Source: Lytechinus pictus (taxonomy: Eukaryota). From it: a DNA stretch of 64,000 nucleotides. Of the stretch, positions 1 through 12,224 are shown in pieces. The stretch's first letter is position 1; every line of letters starts with the position of its first letter. The notes beneath the pieces are model-generated. The model was not told the origin of the DNA, made no database searches, and saw only the letters and a list, made by a program, of their open reading frames with translations. The position numbers and the translations under genes are program-made. Location: assembly GCF_037042905.1 (NCBI RefSeq), contig NC_087246.1:4838001-4902000 (forward strand), in the 5' to 3' direction.

Positions 1-2375
1 GTAGTCTTGGATGTAGAGGGAGGATGAATATTTAGATCAACCTTCTCCTTGGATGTTTTCCTCACCGCATCGCACTCAACAGATTCCTGTTTCGTACCGT
101 TTCTTTGACCATCCAAGCGTCTTGACATAGCATCTGCATTCTGATGAGAACGACCACGTCTATGTTGTATGTCAAATGAGTAGGCATTCATCTCAACAAT
201 CCAACGCGCTCTTCTTCCCGTTGCATCATCCTGAATGGGGGCTTTCCTATAACCCAAAAGAGGTTGGTGGTCTGTCACAATATCGAAGTGTTGACCTCGA
301 AGATAGTGCCTAAAATGTCTAATAGCACATACCATCGCCCACAATTCACGGTCATACGTAGACCACTTCTGCTGGGCTCTTGTCAGCATCTGACTGAAGT
401 AGGCTATGACTCTCTCCTTTCCTTGCTGTACTTGTGAGAGGACAGCCCCAACTGCATCAAGTGAAGCATCTGTAGATAGGGTGAAACCATGACTAAAATC
501 AGGATATGCTAGAAGAGGGGGACTAGTCAAAGCAGTTTTTAAGTGACAGAAAGCAGCGTCACACTCTGCGGTCCAGATGAAGGGTGTGCCCTTGTGAGTA
601 AGCCTAGTCATTGGAGCTGCAATCTGTGAAAATCCAGGTATAAAGCGTCTGTAGAAAGAGGCTAAACCCAAGAATGATCTAACATCAGTGGCAGTCTTTG
701 GTTGTGGCCATCTAGTCACTTTCTCTGTATTACTAGGATCAGGGAGTACACCTTCTGAGCTGATTACATATCCAAGATATGTAACTTTCCTCTTGAAGAA
801 GTGACATTTTGACGGTTTGAGTGTTAGTCCAGCATCACGAAAGCGATTAAACACTTCTTGTAGATTGTGTAGGTGATGATTAAAATCTCTTCCCACAACA
901 ATGCAGTCATCAAGATATACAAGACATGTAGACCAATGTAAGCGGTGAAGAACAATCTCCATTAAACGTTGAAATGTCATGGGAGCGTTCACTAACCCAA
1001 ATGGCATCACGTTAAAATGGTAGAGTCCACTGCCCGTGGTAAATGCGGTCTTCTCTTTGTCAGCAGGGTGCATTTTGACTTGCCAGTATCCACTGGACAA
1101 ATCAATTACACTGAAGAAGGAAGACGCAGATAACGCATCTATGGAGTCATCCTGTCGAGGGATAGGATGTGAATCCCTAATGGTAATGGCATTCAAAGCA
1201 CGATAATCCACGCAAAATCTATAAGTATTATCCTTCTTGCGTACCATGACAATTGGACTAGCCCATGGGCTATGGCTTTCCTCAATGATATTGCGCTCGA
1301 GAAGATCATCAACTTGTCGTTGTATCTCTACTCTCATAGATGGCGATGTTCGATAGGCTCTTTGTCTGGTAGGCGTCTCTGTAGTTGTATGGATTCTGTG
1401 ATGGAGGAAGTCTGTTTCTCCAACATCTTCTGGACCAGAGCTGAAAATATCACTGTAAGACTCAAGCAACTCTAAAGCTTGGCGTCGTTCACTCTCTGTC
1501 AAATCAGATTCAGCATCAATAAAGTTGGTGTGACTTTTAACTGTATCACTGACGTTATGAAGAGAGGAAGAAGCTGGAGGAGTTTTACAAGTCCCTGGTT
1601 GTATTGCACTAACAACATTGTACTCCTCTTCCTGGTCGCCTATCAAAGAATGAAATTGGCCTAAGTGTGTATCTGACTGTAACTCTAAAGGCATCGAAGA
1701 AGGATTAACCAAGCGTACTAAGATTATCCCATTCTGAGCACTAGATAAAGATCTTGCTCCTGCTACTTCAAGCTTCTCATGAAGTGAGGGTTCAAATATC
1801 CCATCATAACCATGTGGAGTAAGATCAGCTTGCAATGATGTTAACTTCCCCTGTGCGTGTACCTCACTCAGAGGGGGTAGTGTCACTGTTCCTATCAAAG
1901 ATACATTACAATGTAGGGGAGCTTGATGTTGACGATAATCAGCAAGGGGTATCTGAAGTCCAGGCATACTGAAGGAGGAAGTTGCTACAGATACCGTTGC
2001 CTCATGTCGAAGGAAAAAGTCCCAGCCGAGAATAAGGGGATGTGAAACATTCCGGGCAATGTAGAACTTGTGTTGAAGAGCCTTGTTACCCAGATGCAGG
2101 GAGGAGCAAACAGAACCTGTTATGTCCAGTGAATTCTCTGTAACAGAAGTAGCAGAAATTACTCCTTTCTGAATAGGACTTCTGTGAGGTGGAGGAATTG
2201 AATTAAAGAAGTCAGTACTCATTAACGATATGAATGACCCTGTATCTAGGTAGGCTAGAATATATGTCTTGTCAACAAGGACAGGGATATAAGGAGATGG
2301 ATGGTTGATTTTGGGGCCTGTTGTTGTAGTCTGAGCTGACGACTGACCCTCATCATCAGCTAATGAAAGTTTTCC
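1..2375 (-). CDS. pol: Gypsy pol polyprotein (aspartic protease, reverse transcriptase, RNase H), cut by the window edge
   Basis: AYLDTGSFIS (D codon 2246-2244), VYLDDCI (920-900) and FTLSTDASLDAVGAVLSQ (D codon 470-468) are all in one minus-strand frame. The ORF track lists no stop-terminated ORF in that frame, consistent with an open frame to the edge. Confidence 0.92.
2334..2375 (-). promoter_or_regulatory. -1 programmed ribosomal frameshift signal between gag and pol
   Basis: Heptamer G GAA AAC (2375-2369) just before the gag stop, a 7-nt spacer, then a hairpin AGCUGAUGA/UCGUCAGCU (2361-2353 with 2342-2334). Pol is in the -1 frame relative to the gag tail. Confidence 0.75.
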
Positions 2376-3500
2376 GATTGCCGGGAGAAGTGGACTCGAC
2401 GAGGACTCTCGTCATGACGATAGGAAGTACGTTGCCCTGGATGTGTCTGCTCATACTTGTACCTCGAGTCATCATATCTAGAACGCCTGCCACTCTGGTC
2501 TCGAGGGCGTGTCTCATCATACATATATCTCGAGTCATCATAGTCAGGATGCCTTCCATTCCGATTTTGAGGGTATGTTTCCTCGTATCGGTACCTCGAT
2601 TCACCATATCTCGAAGTAGGACGCCTTCCTGGGCTCGGCGGGCGTCGGCCAAAATCCCTTCTTGAAGGACGATAAGAACTCCCAGGACTTGGAGAACGAT
2701 GGGTATATGGGCTTGGAGAACGACGGGTATATGCATGGGCTTGATGAACGATGGGGATATGGGCTTGAAGAACGATGGGGATATGGGCTTGAAGAACGAC
2801 GTCCCCCAAAAGTAGATCTAGGCCTGTATCTATCTGGCATACCACCATCCCGACTATTCTTTAGTTCCTTGACCTGCAAATCTATCCTGTCTATCTTTTC
2901 CATTAATTTGTCCAATAAGGCATCATGGTCTACACTGGCGACTTGCGGTTTGAAAGGAGCTTCAGTCGATGGAGGATGCTGCATAGGGCTTTGGTGCAAT
3001 GCTCTTTCCATCCTTACTGCAATCTGTAACGCCTCCTCTATTGTCTTTGCACCATGCTCTCGAACCTTCAACTGAAGAAATGGGTCAAGACCTGCAATGA
3101 AGCGTCTTAGATTCTCTCCATTTCTTGCTCTCTCTTCATAATCCGGAAACGCCTCTAATACAAGTTTCTGAACAATTGCAGCATAAACTTCTAAGGGCTC
3201 CTCAGTTGCTCTGGGTCTAGCTGCTGCATTTGTCCTAAAAATGTCTAGAAAACCTTTTCTGGAGAAGACTTGAGATAGTCTTGATTTTGCTGCATCATAG
3301 TTATTTTTCACATCTGTGGGCATACCATCCCACAATGAGAATGCTGCGCCACCTAAACGGGTTGGGAGAAACACTTCTTTCTTCAGGCCAGAAGTCGACC
3401 CCGACGCATCTAAAGCGACTTCAAATCTCTTTACCCACTGTTGAAAATCAGCTTCATGTTCTCCTGTAAAAACTTCAGGGAGCTCCAGGCGAAACATCAT
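2360..3500 (-). pseudogene. gag: Gypsy gag, frameshifted by a 4-bp insertion in an RSxSPYxH repeat
   Basis: ORF 3500-2601 is capsid-like (FTGEHEADFQQWVKRFE; LRRFIAGLDPFLQLKV). The Arg/Ser/Tyr-rich tail continues in the 2848-2360 frame to ...SENFH*. Removing the extra ATGC at 2731-2734 joins the two frames. Confidence 0.85.
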
Positions 3501-3862
3501 GAAATAGTAACAGCGAGATTATAGGCATATAAGTAAAAGTAAAAGTCTCACCAGAGTAGATGACAATTAGTGTGAAGACATAAATCCTATTCCTATCTCT
3601 GCAGAAAATACAATGTTCCAGAGTAGAGGGATCCAATAAGTTTTCACAATGATGGAGTAAATCTACTAATCACTGTAATGTATAAAGTATCCACTGAAGT
3701 ATATGCACAGTCACGGAGTATCCAATGATGCACGAAGTAGAGTGATTCCACAAAGTATCCAAAGTGATGAAGGGAGACAGCTACTAAAACATCCAAAATA
3801 ATCACGATGAAGGGAGAAAATTATAAATGACCAGCAAGAAAACACTGTAGAACACTGTAGAA

Positions 3863-3876
3863 CACCGCTGCTACCA
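3863..3876 (-). other. tRNA primer-binding site
   Basis: TGGTAGCAGCGGTG begins 2 nt inside the LTR's terminal CA. It resembles the complement of tRNA-Leu or initiator tRNA-Met 3' ends; the primer cannot be resolved by eye. Confidence 0.8.
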
Positions 3877-3878
3877 GA

Positions 3879-4322
3879 TGTAGGGTGGCTACTGGAGTTA
3901 GAGTTAGGGTTCACTACACAGGTGTTAATGTTATATAAAACACAGAGAAGTCTCTCTATTCAAGGCTAGGGTGGAACTGCCCAAGAGCACGTGGCTCACT
4001 TTATTTCTGTCTCCTCTCCAAAATCATAGACATCGAATTAACATAATAATTAACCAATCAGCAATCAGTGTGTAGGCCCTATACTGTATAGTCAATTGTG
4101 TGTAACAGAACATACAGAGAATCAATGAATTGAAGCATGTACCGGTAATCCAGGTCAACTCCATGTCTTAACAAAGAAGTGAAATTCACAAAGACTGAGC
4201 AGATGCATCTAACATTCCAACTTGTTTATAAAGAAAGTTCTCTGACCTATAGAATACTGAACTGCATCTAACCTGTACATGAAAATATAAAGTTCTCTGA
4301 ACTATGGAAATAAGGCTCTACA
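3879..4322 (-). repeat. 5' LTR (444 bp)
   Basis: Inverted termini TGTAG...CTACA, adjacent to the PBS, AATAAA on the minus strand (~4005-4000), internal ~60-bp duplication at ~4203-4310. The partner LTR is not visible, so the outer boundary is unconfirmed. Confidence 0.72.
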
Positions 4323-5264
4323 ATATTACTATGTCGGAGGAATTTATTGTCAACCGTATAACTAATCGATAAAGAAGATCGAAATTATATAACATAATAG
4401 CGGCTTAGCGGTATGGAATGAAACTCACAGAAATCTATATAAAGCACCTTTGATACACACAGAATCATCGCCTATAATGCTGGCTCCGCTCTACTTCAAG
4501 ACATTGGTGCCACAAAACTTTAAAAACAATTAACGCCCATATTATGCTCATGGTTCTTAACGCACTCATCAAATTAGTTTCTTCGCTGCATGGATGGGAC
4601 GGTACAAACGTGATAAATGCCATTTGGAGAAGGGGTGGGTGACAATTTTAATGCATTTTTTTTTCGTTGACTGATACACATAGGGATTTTGTTGTAGATC
4701 TACAACATGAGTGAGCTTATAAGGATAAGTGTAACCATGGAAACAGCTTTCTTATTTTTATTTCATTTTGTTAAGGGGTCAAATTTGAGAGTATCATTGA
4801 AGACTTACCCTTTCCGTCATTTTCTTTTCTTTTTTATTGTTTATATTGCGTTATCGCTCATTTACATTTCCTTTATTTCATTCGTTTTGTTTTCATCCTA
4901 TCTTCTATCCTGCTCCCCCCACCTCTCGATATTTCTGTTTCTTTCTCTTATTTTTCCCTTTTCTCCTTCCTCATTTTGTATTCCTTACCTTTTCTATTTT
5001 TCCGATCTTCTTTCTCTTTAATATTCTCTCTCCCCCTCTCATAATTTCCTCTTTTTTTCATCCTGAATAGGCGGTGGATGGTGGCGCCATGTGTGTGTGT
5101 GTGTGTGTGTGGGAGGGGGGGGGGGGCTCTTCAATACGCGGATTTTATTTTACTTTCTTCTATTTTCTAAGCCACGTGCACACGTTGGAAACAATACTAC
5201 CATCATCATTTTCCATTTTTATAAATAATATTAATTATGTAGACATTTTCCAGCATAAAGTACT

Positions 5265-5332
5265 ATGCCGGGAATCGAACCTCAGATTTCATGTATGTAT
5301 TCGGGTGCCCTAGACCACTCGGCCACAGCCCC
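5265..5332 (-). mobile_element. tRNA-derived SINE head fragment
   Basis: Minus strand GGGGCTGTGGCCGAGTGGTCTAGG...GGTTCGATTCCCGGCA carries pol III A and B boxes but no intact cloverleaf. Confidence 0.6.
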
Positions 5333-5371
5333 TCGACCACTAATTTTTGTTATACCCTTCATTTCTAACAG

Positions 5372-7778
5372 TGTCCGATGCATTATGGTGTATACCTTGC
5401 CTACCGTCTGCTCATCGCTCTCTATATGTTTGGATATTTCCTTTATGTCTTCATCGTGTTCGTTCGACCTGGTGGCATCTACGGAGGATACTTCTTCATA
5501 TACCTGACTAACTTGGGATATATTCTCATGCTAGTCTATCTGTTTTGTGCTTTATGGAACGTCATCGTATATGCCGCCTCCATGAAACCAGCAGGGTGGA
5601 CACCAGGCGATGGTAGGTCGTCATGTACAAGTCACGTGAACTTTGACCTTAAAGAAGAATGAAACTTTGAGAATAAGTAAACTTTTATGAAAAAAACGAT
5701 ATTAAAAATCAACGAAAGTTTGAGAGAAAGTTATGGGAATCGGAATGCAGAGATCACTAATGAATGGACATCCTCCCATTGGCAATGTGACTATCATATG
5801 TGATGTCACACAGTTCCCAGTTACCTTTTCTACATTATATTACTTAAGTTGTCACTCTTACAAAGTCTATCCACAGATCAGGTGTATTTCATGGGATAAA
5901 AAGTAATAGAGGTTTCATAAAAATATAAAGTGGTCAAACAGATTGTACTATCATTAGATTGTGCAAAAATAAATATTTTGTAGTATATTTCTCAATGTTG
6001 GTCACACTGCTAATGGAAGGATCTCGTTAGATCTCAACAAACCTTTCCTTGTCCAATTTTTCATTGACGTTATTCTTGCATTTCCGTTTTCATGTAATAC
6101 TTCCAAGGGTTTTATTCTCCTTCAAACATGTCAAAGACAGCGCGTAGCTGGGAAACCGACAGACAACGCAAAAAAAAAAAGAAATCAGGGATGGCGAACC
6201 AGGTTGGGGGAGTAAGGGGGAACAGTATCCCCCCACTTTTGTAAGCGCTAAAACGTCCCCCCTTTACCGCGTGTTGGTCTTCTTATAAGTGTCCATTGTC
6301 ATAAACAGATAAAAATACCCTTCTCAAAAACATTATTTTCTGGCCCGATCACGCAGGCATTGCACAACTTACAATCCCATGAAACACACCACTACCTCAG
6401 GTAGATACGTAATCATGGTAATCTCATGTTGAAAATATTTATTTGCACCAAATCCCCCTTTTGACATTTAAGTGCCTTTTTTAGGTGGGGGGGGGGGGCT
6501 TTGCCCCACCCCACCACGAAAATACGTTCCCCGCCCTGATCCCACATGCTCCACATGCTATACGTTTCATGAGATTTGTACACTTCTGCGTTCTATCATT
6601 TAGAGTAGAGTAGATGTATTATATTTGCTATTTTCTTTGTTATAGGATAATAGGGAGTTTTCGCTCACTACTATGCAGACTCTTTCAGGAACGTAGAGAA
6701 TGTATTGTAAAGGCCCTTCATGGAAAGCATTCTTTGTCGCAAATCGGTTTATCATAACAGCAGTTACGTTCGTGACCTCTGGACAAACGACATATTGTCA
6801 ATTTTGCGTCGGCTCCGAATTTATAGGACGATCGGCCGTTCCAATCACCAATTTCCGACAATGACCTTTCCCTTTTCCCCCTTTGGAACACCCCCCACCC
6901 CCTATTTCAACTTCGCTCCGCCGCCCCTGAAAGAAACACACTGAGAGATAAGTACCTCAGAAATACCTAGTTTGGTCGCTGGTTTCTCAATGTCGCAGTA
7001 CCTTTATTTTTGTGCTGCTCAGAAAATATTATAACCTAAAACTTGTAACTGGTACCAAATAATCTTGCCTGAAACGCGATTGGGGAATAGAGAGATAAAA
7101 TCGATGGAGTGTAGGCCCATGCATATATGAAAGAGCGGAAATCTAACACATAATATTTTACAGGGTTTGTTTGTTTGTATGTATCAATTCAACAGATATA
7201 CTGTCATAATTTTCATGTAGTTTATAATTCTTTTCGTTTGTTTTTCAGACATCCCTTGGTATTTCTTTCACCGTGGCCAGTGGTTTTTATTCAACATTTA
7301 CGCCTCAGTCGCCATTCTGCTATCACTGCTTTACTGGGGCGCCCTCTACACTCCTGGAACGGTCGATATCTATTACGATATCAACTTCCATTTCCTCAAC
7401 GGGTTCATCGCCCTGTTCGAGATCTTCTTCTCAGCGATGGTCATCCACATTCTCCACTTCGTATACCCTTTCTTGTTTGCCGTCGCTTACATTGTCTTCG
7501 TGGCGATATACTATGGGGCAATGGGTACGGACGAGAAGGGAAACCCCTACATCTATCCCATCCTCGACTTCGGGCAAGCCCCAGCTCTCTCGGCAGGACT
7601 CTGTGTCGGGGCCATTGTTGGCGTCGTCCTTGTTCATATATTGATCCTTTGGGGTTTCCATAAGCTGAAAATCTTGATATTTGATTCTTGCTGCCCATCA
7701 TGTTTCCCTGATGAAGATAATGAAATTAGGGAGGATGGAAACGAAGCCCATGAACTGAAAGCTGATGCCGCTGTTTAA
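5372..7778 (+). CDS. rolling-stone-like (FAR-17a/AIG1-related) multipass membrane protein, paralogue 1; exons 5372-5612 and 7249-7778, first exon not found
   Basis: Canonical AG/GT sites. The phase-1 join G|AC gives a continuous frame: CPMHYGVYLAYRLLIALY...FFIYLTNLGY...GD-DIPWYFFHRGQWFLFNIY...LLYWGALY...INFHFLNG...HFVYP...GNPYIYPILDFG. Clearly homologous to the gene at 44382-63647. Confidence 0.85.
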
Positions 7779-7997
7779 TATTTTATTGATAAACCCCAAA
7801 CCATGCATGCAAACACTTACTGTCATGCTGCAAGATATCGCTATTTTTGGACAGTCCTAGCAATTCCCTTAATTTTGGGCGTAACACGTGTTCGTCAAAA
7901 AGAGCGAATTTTAAGTCGTCCCAATAGCTTTGTTTTAAATTTCGGGAGTTCTGAAGGCATGTGAAAGTGCAGCATGCCCATATCAAAACCAAAAGTA

Positions 7998-8240
7998 CAC
8001 TCTAAAAATTATTGCGTAAGAGTGCTCCATGGGCAGATGGGGGTAATTATTTGTCCAACCGGCAATTCTTTTGGACATTCTTCATGATGAAAATTTTGCC
8101 CATTCTAAAGTAATTGCTGCTTATTTATTAACCTTACAGAACAATATGCTTCCTGCATTAGGTGAAATACTGCCCCAAATTGGTTGGACACATAACTACC
8201 CTCGTGGTGGCAAAAAATTTACCAAATATTTTTTACAGTG
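7998..8240. mobile_element. MITE with CACT termini (EnSpm/CACTA-like)
   Basis: CACTCTAAAAA...TTTTTACAGTG inverted ends with TA on both sides. Confidence 0.6.
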
Positions 8241-8685
8241 TATACACAGTCGGACTAGCCTCTAGGGTTTGTAGGCATTTCTATAAATTTTACTTATGAA
8301 TTTATATGAATTAAAAAAAAAGAGATTGACAGGTGTTACATTTATAATTTTGGATCATGGTCAAATATTTAACCGGTTTATAGGAGAATAGACTAATAAC
8401 TTGTGGACCAGATTAATACCTTGTCTCTTAAATACTATACCCTTGTCAATCTTGATTTATTAATCCGATATGATGTATCAGGTATGGTTATAAGAAAATG
8501 TTCACATAGACTGCACGTATAACATTTGGTACTTTGTTGGTGACGAAATAGGCAAGGCCCGCGATGGGAACAAAGTTGTTGCGCTTAAACAACCTTCCAA
8601 TGCTCCAACTTCTCGATCCTGACTATATATATTATGAAATAATTGGAACGCTTTATTATACCTAGAGCCCGAAATGGATCTAGTT

Positions 8686-8872
8686 CTAGGCGTTGTGGTG
8701 TGCGCTTGTAATCCATGCTAAGTGGGTGAAGTTACATGTTGATGCAGAGGTTCGAGCCCTGGTCACGCCTTTCGGATGGTGACGTTAAAGGTCGGTCCCA
8801 GACATACATAATCATTATGATTAATATTCGTCTGACAAAACTCAATGGCACATTCCCACACACACACACACC
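8686..8872 (+). mobile_element. SINE-like element with a 7SL-like 5' head, B box and Deu-domain-like core
   Basis: 8686-8720 aligns without gaps to the 5' end of 7SL RNA as I recall it; GGTTCGAGCC at 8749-8758; CTTTCGGATGGTGACGTTAAAGGTCGGTCCC at 8769-8799; (CA)n at the uncertain 3' end. Confidence 0.5.
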
Positions 8873-10244
8873 ATGTCGTGCCCAGGACATGATAGATTGG
8901 TCTTTTTATAGACGAAATCGTGTTTCGCCCGAAAAGAGGAATTGCTTGCACTAATTGATTTGGGTTCATTACATGCATGAGAGGGGTTTAGCCTATAGAA
9001 GAGTATGTAAGACGGTCGTTTATAATACGAGGATTTAATTTTTTTAAAGATTTTTTATATTGCAATTACAAAACAAATTGAATTAATTGAACCTAATCAT
9101 GTGAGCTTCTATATGATTCTAAAACGGAAAAGACTGCAGTGAAACATGAGGGCATATCGGCCAAATAATCTTTAAAGGAAACTCGACATTATGGTCTGAA
9201 AAAACTTACCCTTAGGTCGAATAAGAAGTCACTAGGCTGTAGCTCAATGAAAAACAAAAAACAAACGAAACAGTTTGTTAATGATGGAGGTGATGGGATG
9301 AACTATAGTATTTCCGATTTGGTATTATTGGTATATATTCATCAGCGATGAGAAATAGTCTTATACTGGCATGAATTTGATAGATATCTAATATTGATTA
9401 TATGCTATACATTTATGAGAAAATATTGAACTGAAGAAAGAGCGATTTTGATTTATTTATAAGAGTTGTAATCGTTTTATGCTGCATCAACAGCTGAAAT
9501 TTAAGACACTTAATGAATAACGTTTACCACCTCCATCGGTGTTCAAATCAGATGTGTTCTTTTAAAAGCACTTTTTTCTTTAAGACTCCTTGCCACGACC
9601 TGACCAAGAAATCTTTTTTTTTTTAACTGCCATGAAATCGTAGTCTATTACGAAGCTTATATCATGTCAATTGTCTTGTATAAATGTCAATTTTGCTGTT
9701 AAACATTGGTAACATAACTTGCACATTCATTGGAAAACACTTACTTTCCATTTTCTTGCAGGCTTAATACATATTATAAGTATTTATCGATGGACCATTA
9801 TTCTAGTTGAATAAAATAACAAGTTATTTTATAAAATCTTATTAACTGGACTTAATTTAATTGACATGTTTGGAACATTCTTCTAGCATAAAACAATAAG
9901 TCGATAATTATATCGGAACACAATAGGCTGCAATAAGAGAGTAACGCGCCTTTTCTAAAAACCCTACTAAACCCATTCTTGGATGAATTTATGGTAGCCA
10001 ATTAAGTAGCATACTTGCCAACCTTGAAGACTGTTAAAGTGGTAGTAGGCACGGCGAGGGAGCGGAGCGACCGAGCGGATGGGGTGGGGGTCTTGGAGGG
10101 GGAATTGGCCCCCTCCAATGGTTTGGGACAGTGCAAGTTTTGACCACAATCTCATACATAAAGCAATTTCAATTCTTAATTCAATGTGAAAGTATATCAA
10201 GGACAGGGTGACCAGATTTCACAAAATGAAATACGGGACAATCG

Positions 10245-11045
10245 ACAAAAAAGATAAACAAAGAAGGCTACACAGGAAATGTGTTAGACTTGTGAAAAAA
10301 TATAAGGAATTGGAAGGGAGGGTGAACGAAAGAATGAAGGAGAGAAAGAAAAGACGAAAGAAAATAGATGAATTGAGAAGACCGAAAGAAAAAATGAAGA
10401 AATACTAAAAAAGAATAAAAGAAAGTTATAGAATAAAAGAAGGATGAAAGGAAGAATAAAAGAGAGAAAAAATGTTTTCGTCATTCTTTGAATTGAATAT
10501 AGAAAGAAAAAGAAAGGAAGGGAAGATGAATAAATGTGTGAAATACAAAAGAAAGGAGAGAAAGAAAAAAAGTAAGAAAAAGGAGGAGGAAAAAAAGAAT
10601 GAAGGAAAGAAAAATGTTTCCTTCATTCTTTGAAATAAAGAAACAAAGAAAGAAGAAAAACAGGAAGGGAGGAAGGAAGGGAAAGAAAGAATAAGGGAAA
10701 AGAATTAGAAGGAACAATAAAATAAAGAATGAAAGAAATGAGGAAAGAGAGGAGAGAATAAAAAAGAAAATAATGGAATGAGAGAAAGAACGAAAAGAAA
10801 CAGGAGAGGGAGAAGGAAGCAAAGAAAAGTTTAAGGAAAGAAAGAATGAACGAAAAAAGGGAAGTTTAATAAAGAAGGCAGGTAAGAGAAAGAGGAAAAG
10901 AAAGAAAAATTAACAGAGAGAGAGAGAGAGAAAGGATCATGAAAGAAAGATAGGAAATAAAGATAGATGGAACAAAAAAGGGCAAGCAGGAAGGATAGAA
11001 GGATGAAGAAAAAAGGATAGAAAAGAAAGAAAGAGGGAAAAAGTA
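10245..11045. repeat. Polypurine low-complexity tract (GAAA/GGAA/GA-rich)
   Basis: About 800 bp almost entirely A/G on +; it generates the spurious Phe/Leu/Ser ORFs on -. Confidence 0.9.
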
Positions 11046-12224
11046 CAAACTTCAAGCAAACTGAAACAATCCAATCATCTAACAAAAATCATAATGATGT
11101 TTGGTGTTTTTTAAATATATTTAAAAAAAAAATGTTTTAGGAAAGAATAAAATTTCAAAGTGAAACCTAAACATCGCGGCATCATACACAACAAGACTCA
11201 AAACGATAGCTGAAACAACTAGATCTAGTTATGAAAACTCAATAACTTGTTCCTCCGATTACATCTCCAAATCAGTTATCTGAGAATCCATAATATAATT
11301 ATTCAAATTTTCCCGCCGACTTTGAGATAATTTTGATGGAAAAACTGTTTATCATGTCATTGCTTGCACCATGAGAATCTGCTCCGATCCCCGGGCTCCG
11401 AACCTACAAGCCTAGTTAGTAGCCTGCCACATACAGGCAGGACGCCACTTCGTTTGCAATGTATTGGATTAGCAAGAAAATCAACGCAGAACTTGCAAAA
11501 ATTTACAGTTATCGATTTTATTGTTGTCTCTGCTTCGTCATCTGTTGGTTATTTGATGAAAATTCGTCACTTCTAAATGTATTAACTACATTTTGTTCAA
11601 TATTCTGAAATACGGTACAAATTTTGTCAACTTAAATCAATATTAGTCGTATGTAGTGACATAGATCCGGACCGAGCAGTTGGTGCTGGATTATATTATA
11701 TTATATTGACCTTAATATCTAAATTTCTTGGGTATCCTCACATCGAGAGCTATTTATACGGGGGTATACATATCCATAATACACTGGAGGTGATGGCAGT
11801 TATCGGTTGAAGGCCTATCAATACATATATTTTTTTCGGTGGCTAGTATTATGGTTTTATTATGTGCTTACAGTCAATATCGATATACAAGAGAGCAAAA
11901 AATTGTAACTTGGATAATGCAAAAATCAAATTTGGTGATTGTTTAAATGTATCAAAAGCCTGTTTCACTCATTTCTTTTCCTTTTCTTTCTTTTCTCCTT
12001 TCTTTGTCGTGATTTTTTTTTTTTTTTTTTTTTTTTTTGGGGGGGGGGGGTGGTCCAAGGCCCCCCAATCACCACATCTCAACGCCAACGGGGGGGGGGG
12101 GGGGGCGTGTGGGCATTCCAGATGCTTGAAGTTTTAAGTCAGTGTTTGTTAGTTTTATTCTTAAACAAGACTAGGTAGGCTAGATCAATAAAGCGAGCAT
12201 GAAGCGCGAGCTTAAGTTTCTAGA

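Larger units (their letters stand above)
1..4322 (-). mobile_element. Ty3/Gypsy LTR retrotransposon, 5' portion (integrase and 3' LTR lie outside the window)
   Basis: Minus-strand order LTR (4322-3879), PBS (3876-3863), gag (from 3500), then pol with protease, RT and RNase H motifs in Gypsy order. Confidence 0.95.

Noticed and set aside
1272..3469. Plus-strand ORFs over the retrotransposon
   Set aside because: Antisense shadows of gag and pol with no recognisable motifs.
6646..6710. Extra middle exon of paralogue 1
   Set aside because: The acceptor looks plausible but phase 1 gives an immediate TAA; 5612 joins 7249 in frame without it.
10208..11085. Lys/Arg-rich and Phe/Leu/Ser-rich ORFs
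   Set aside because: Translation artefacts of a polypurine low-complexity tract.
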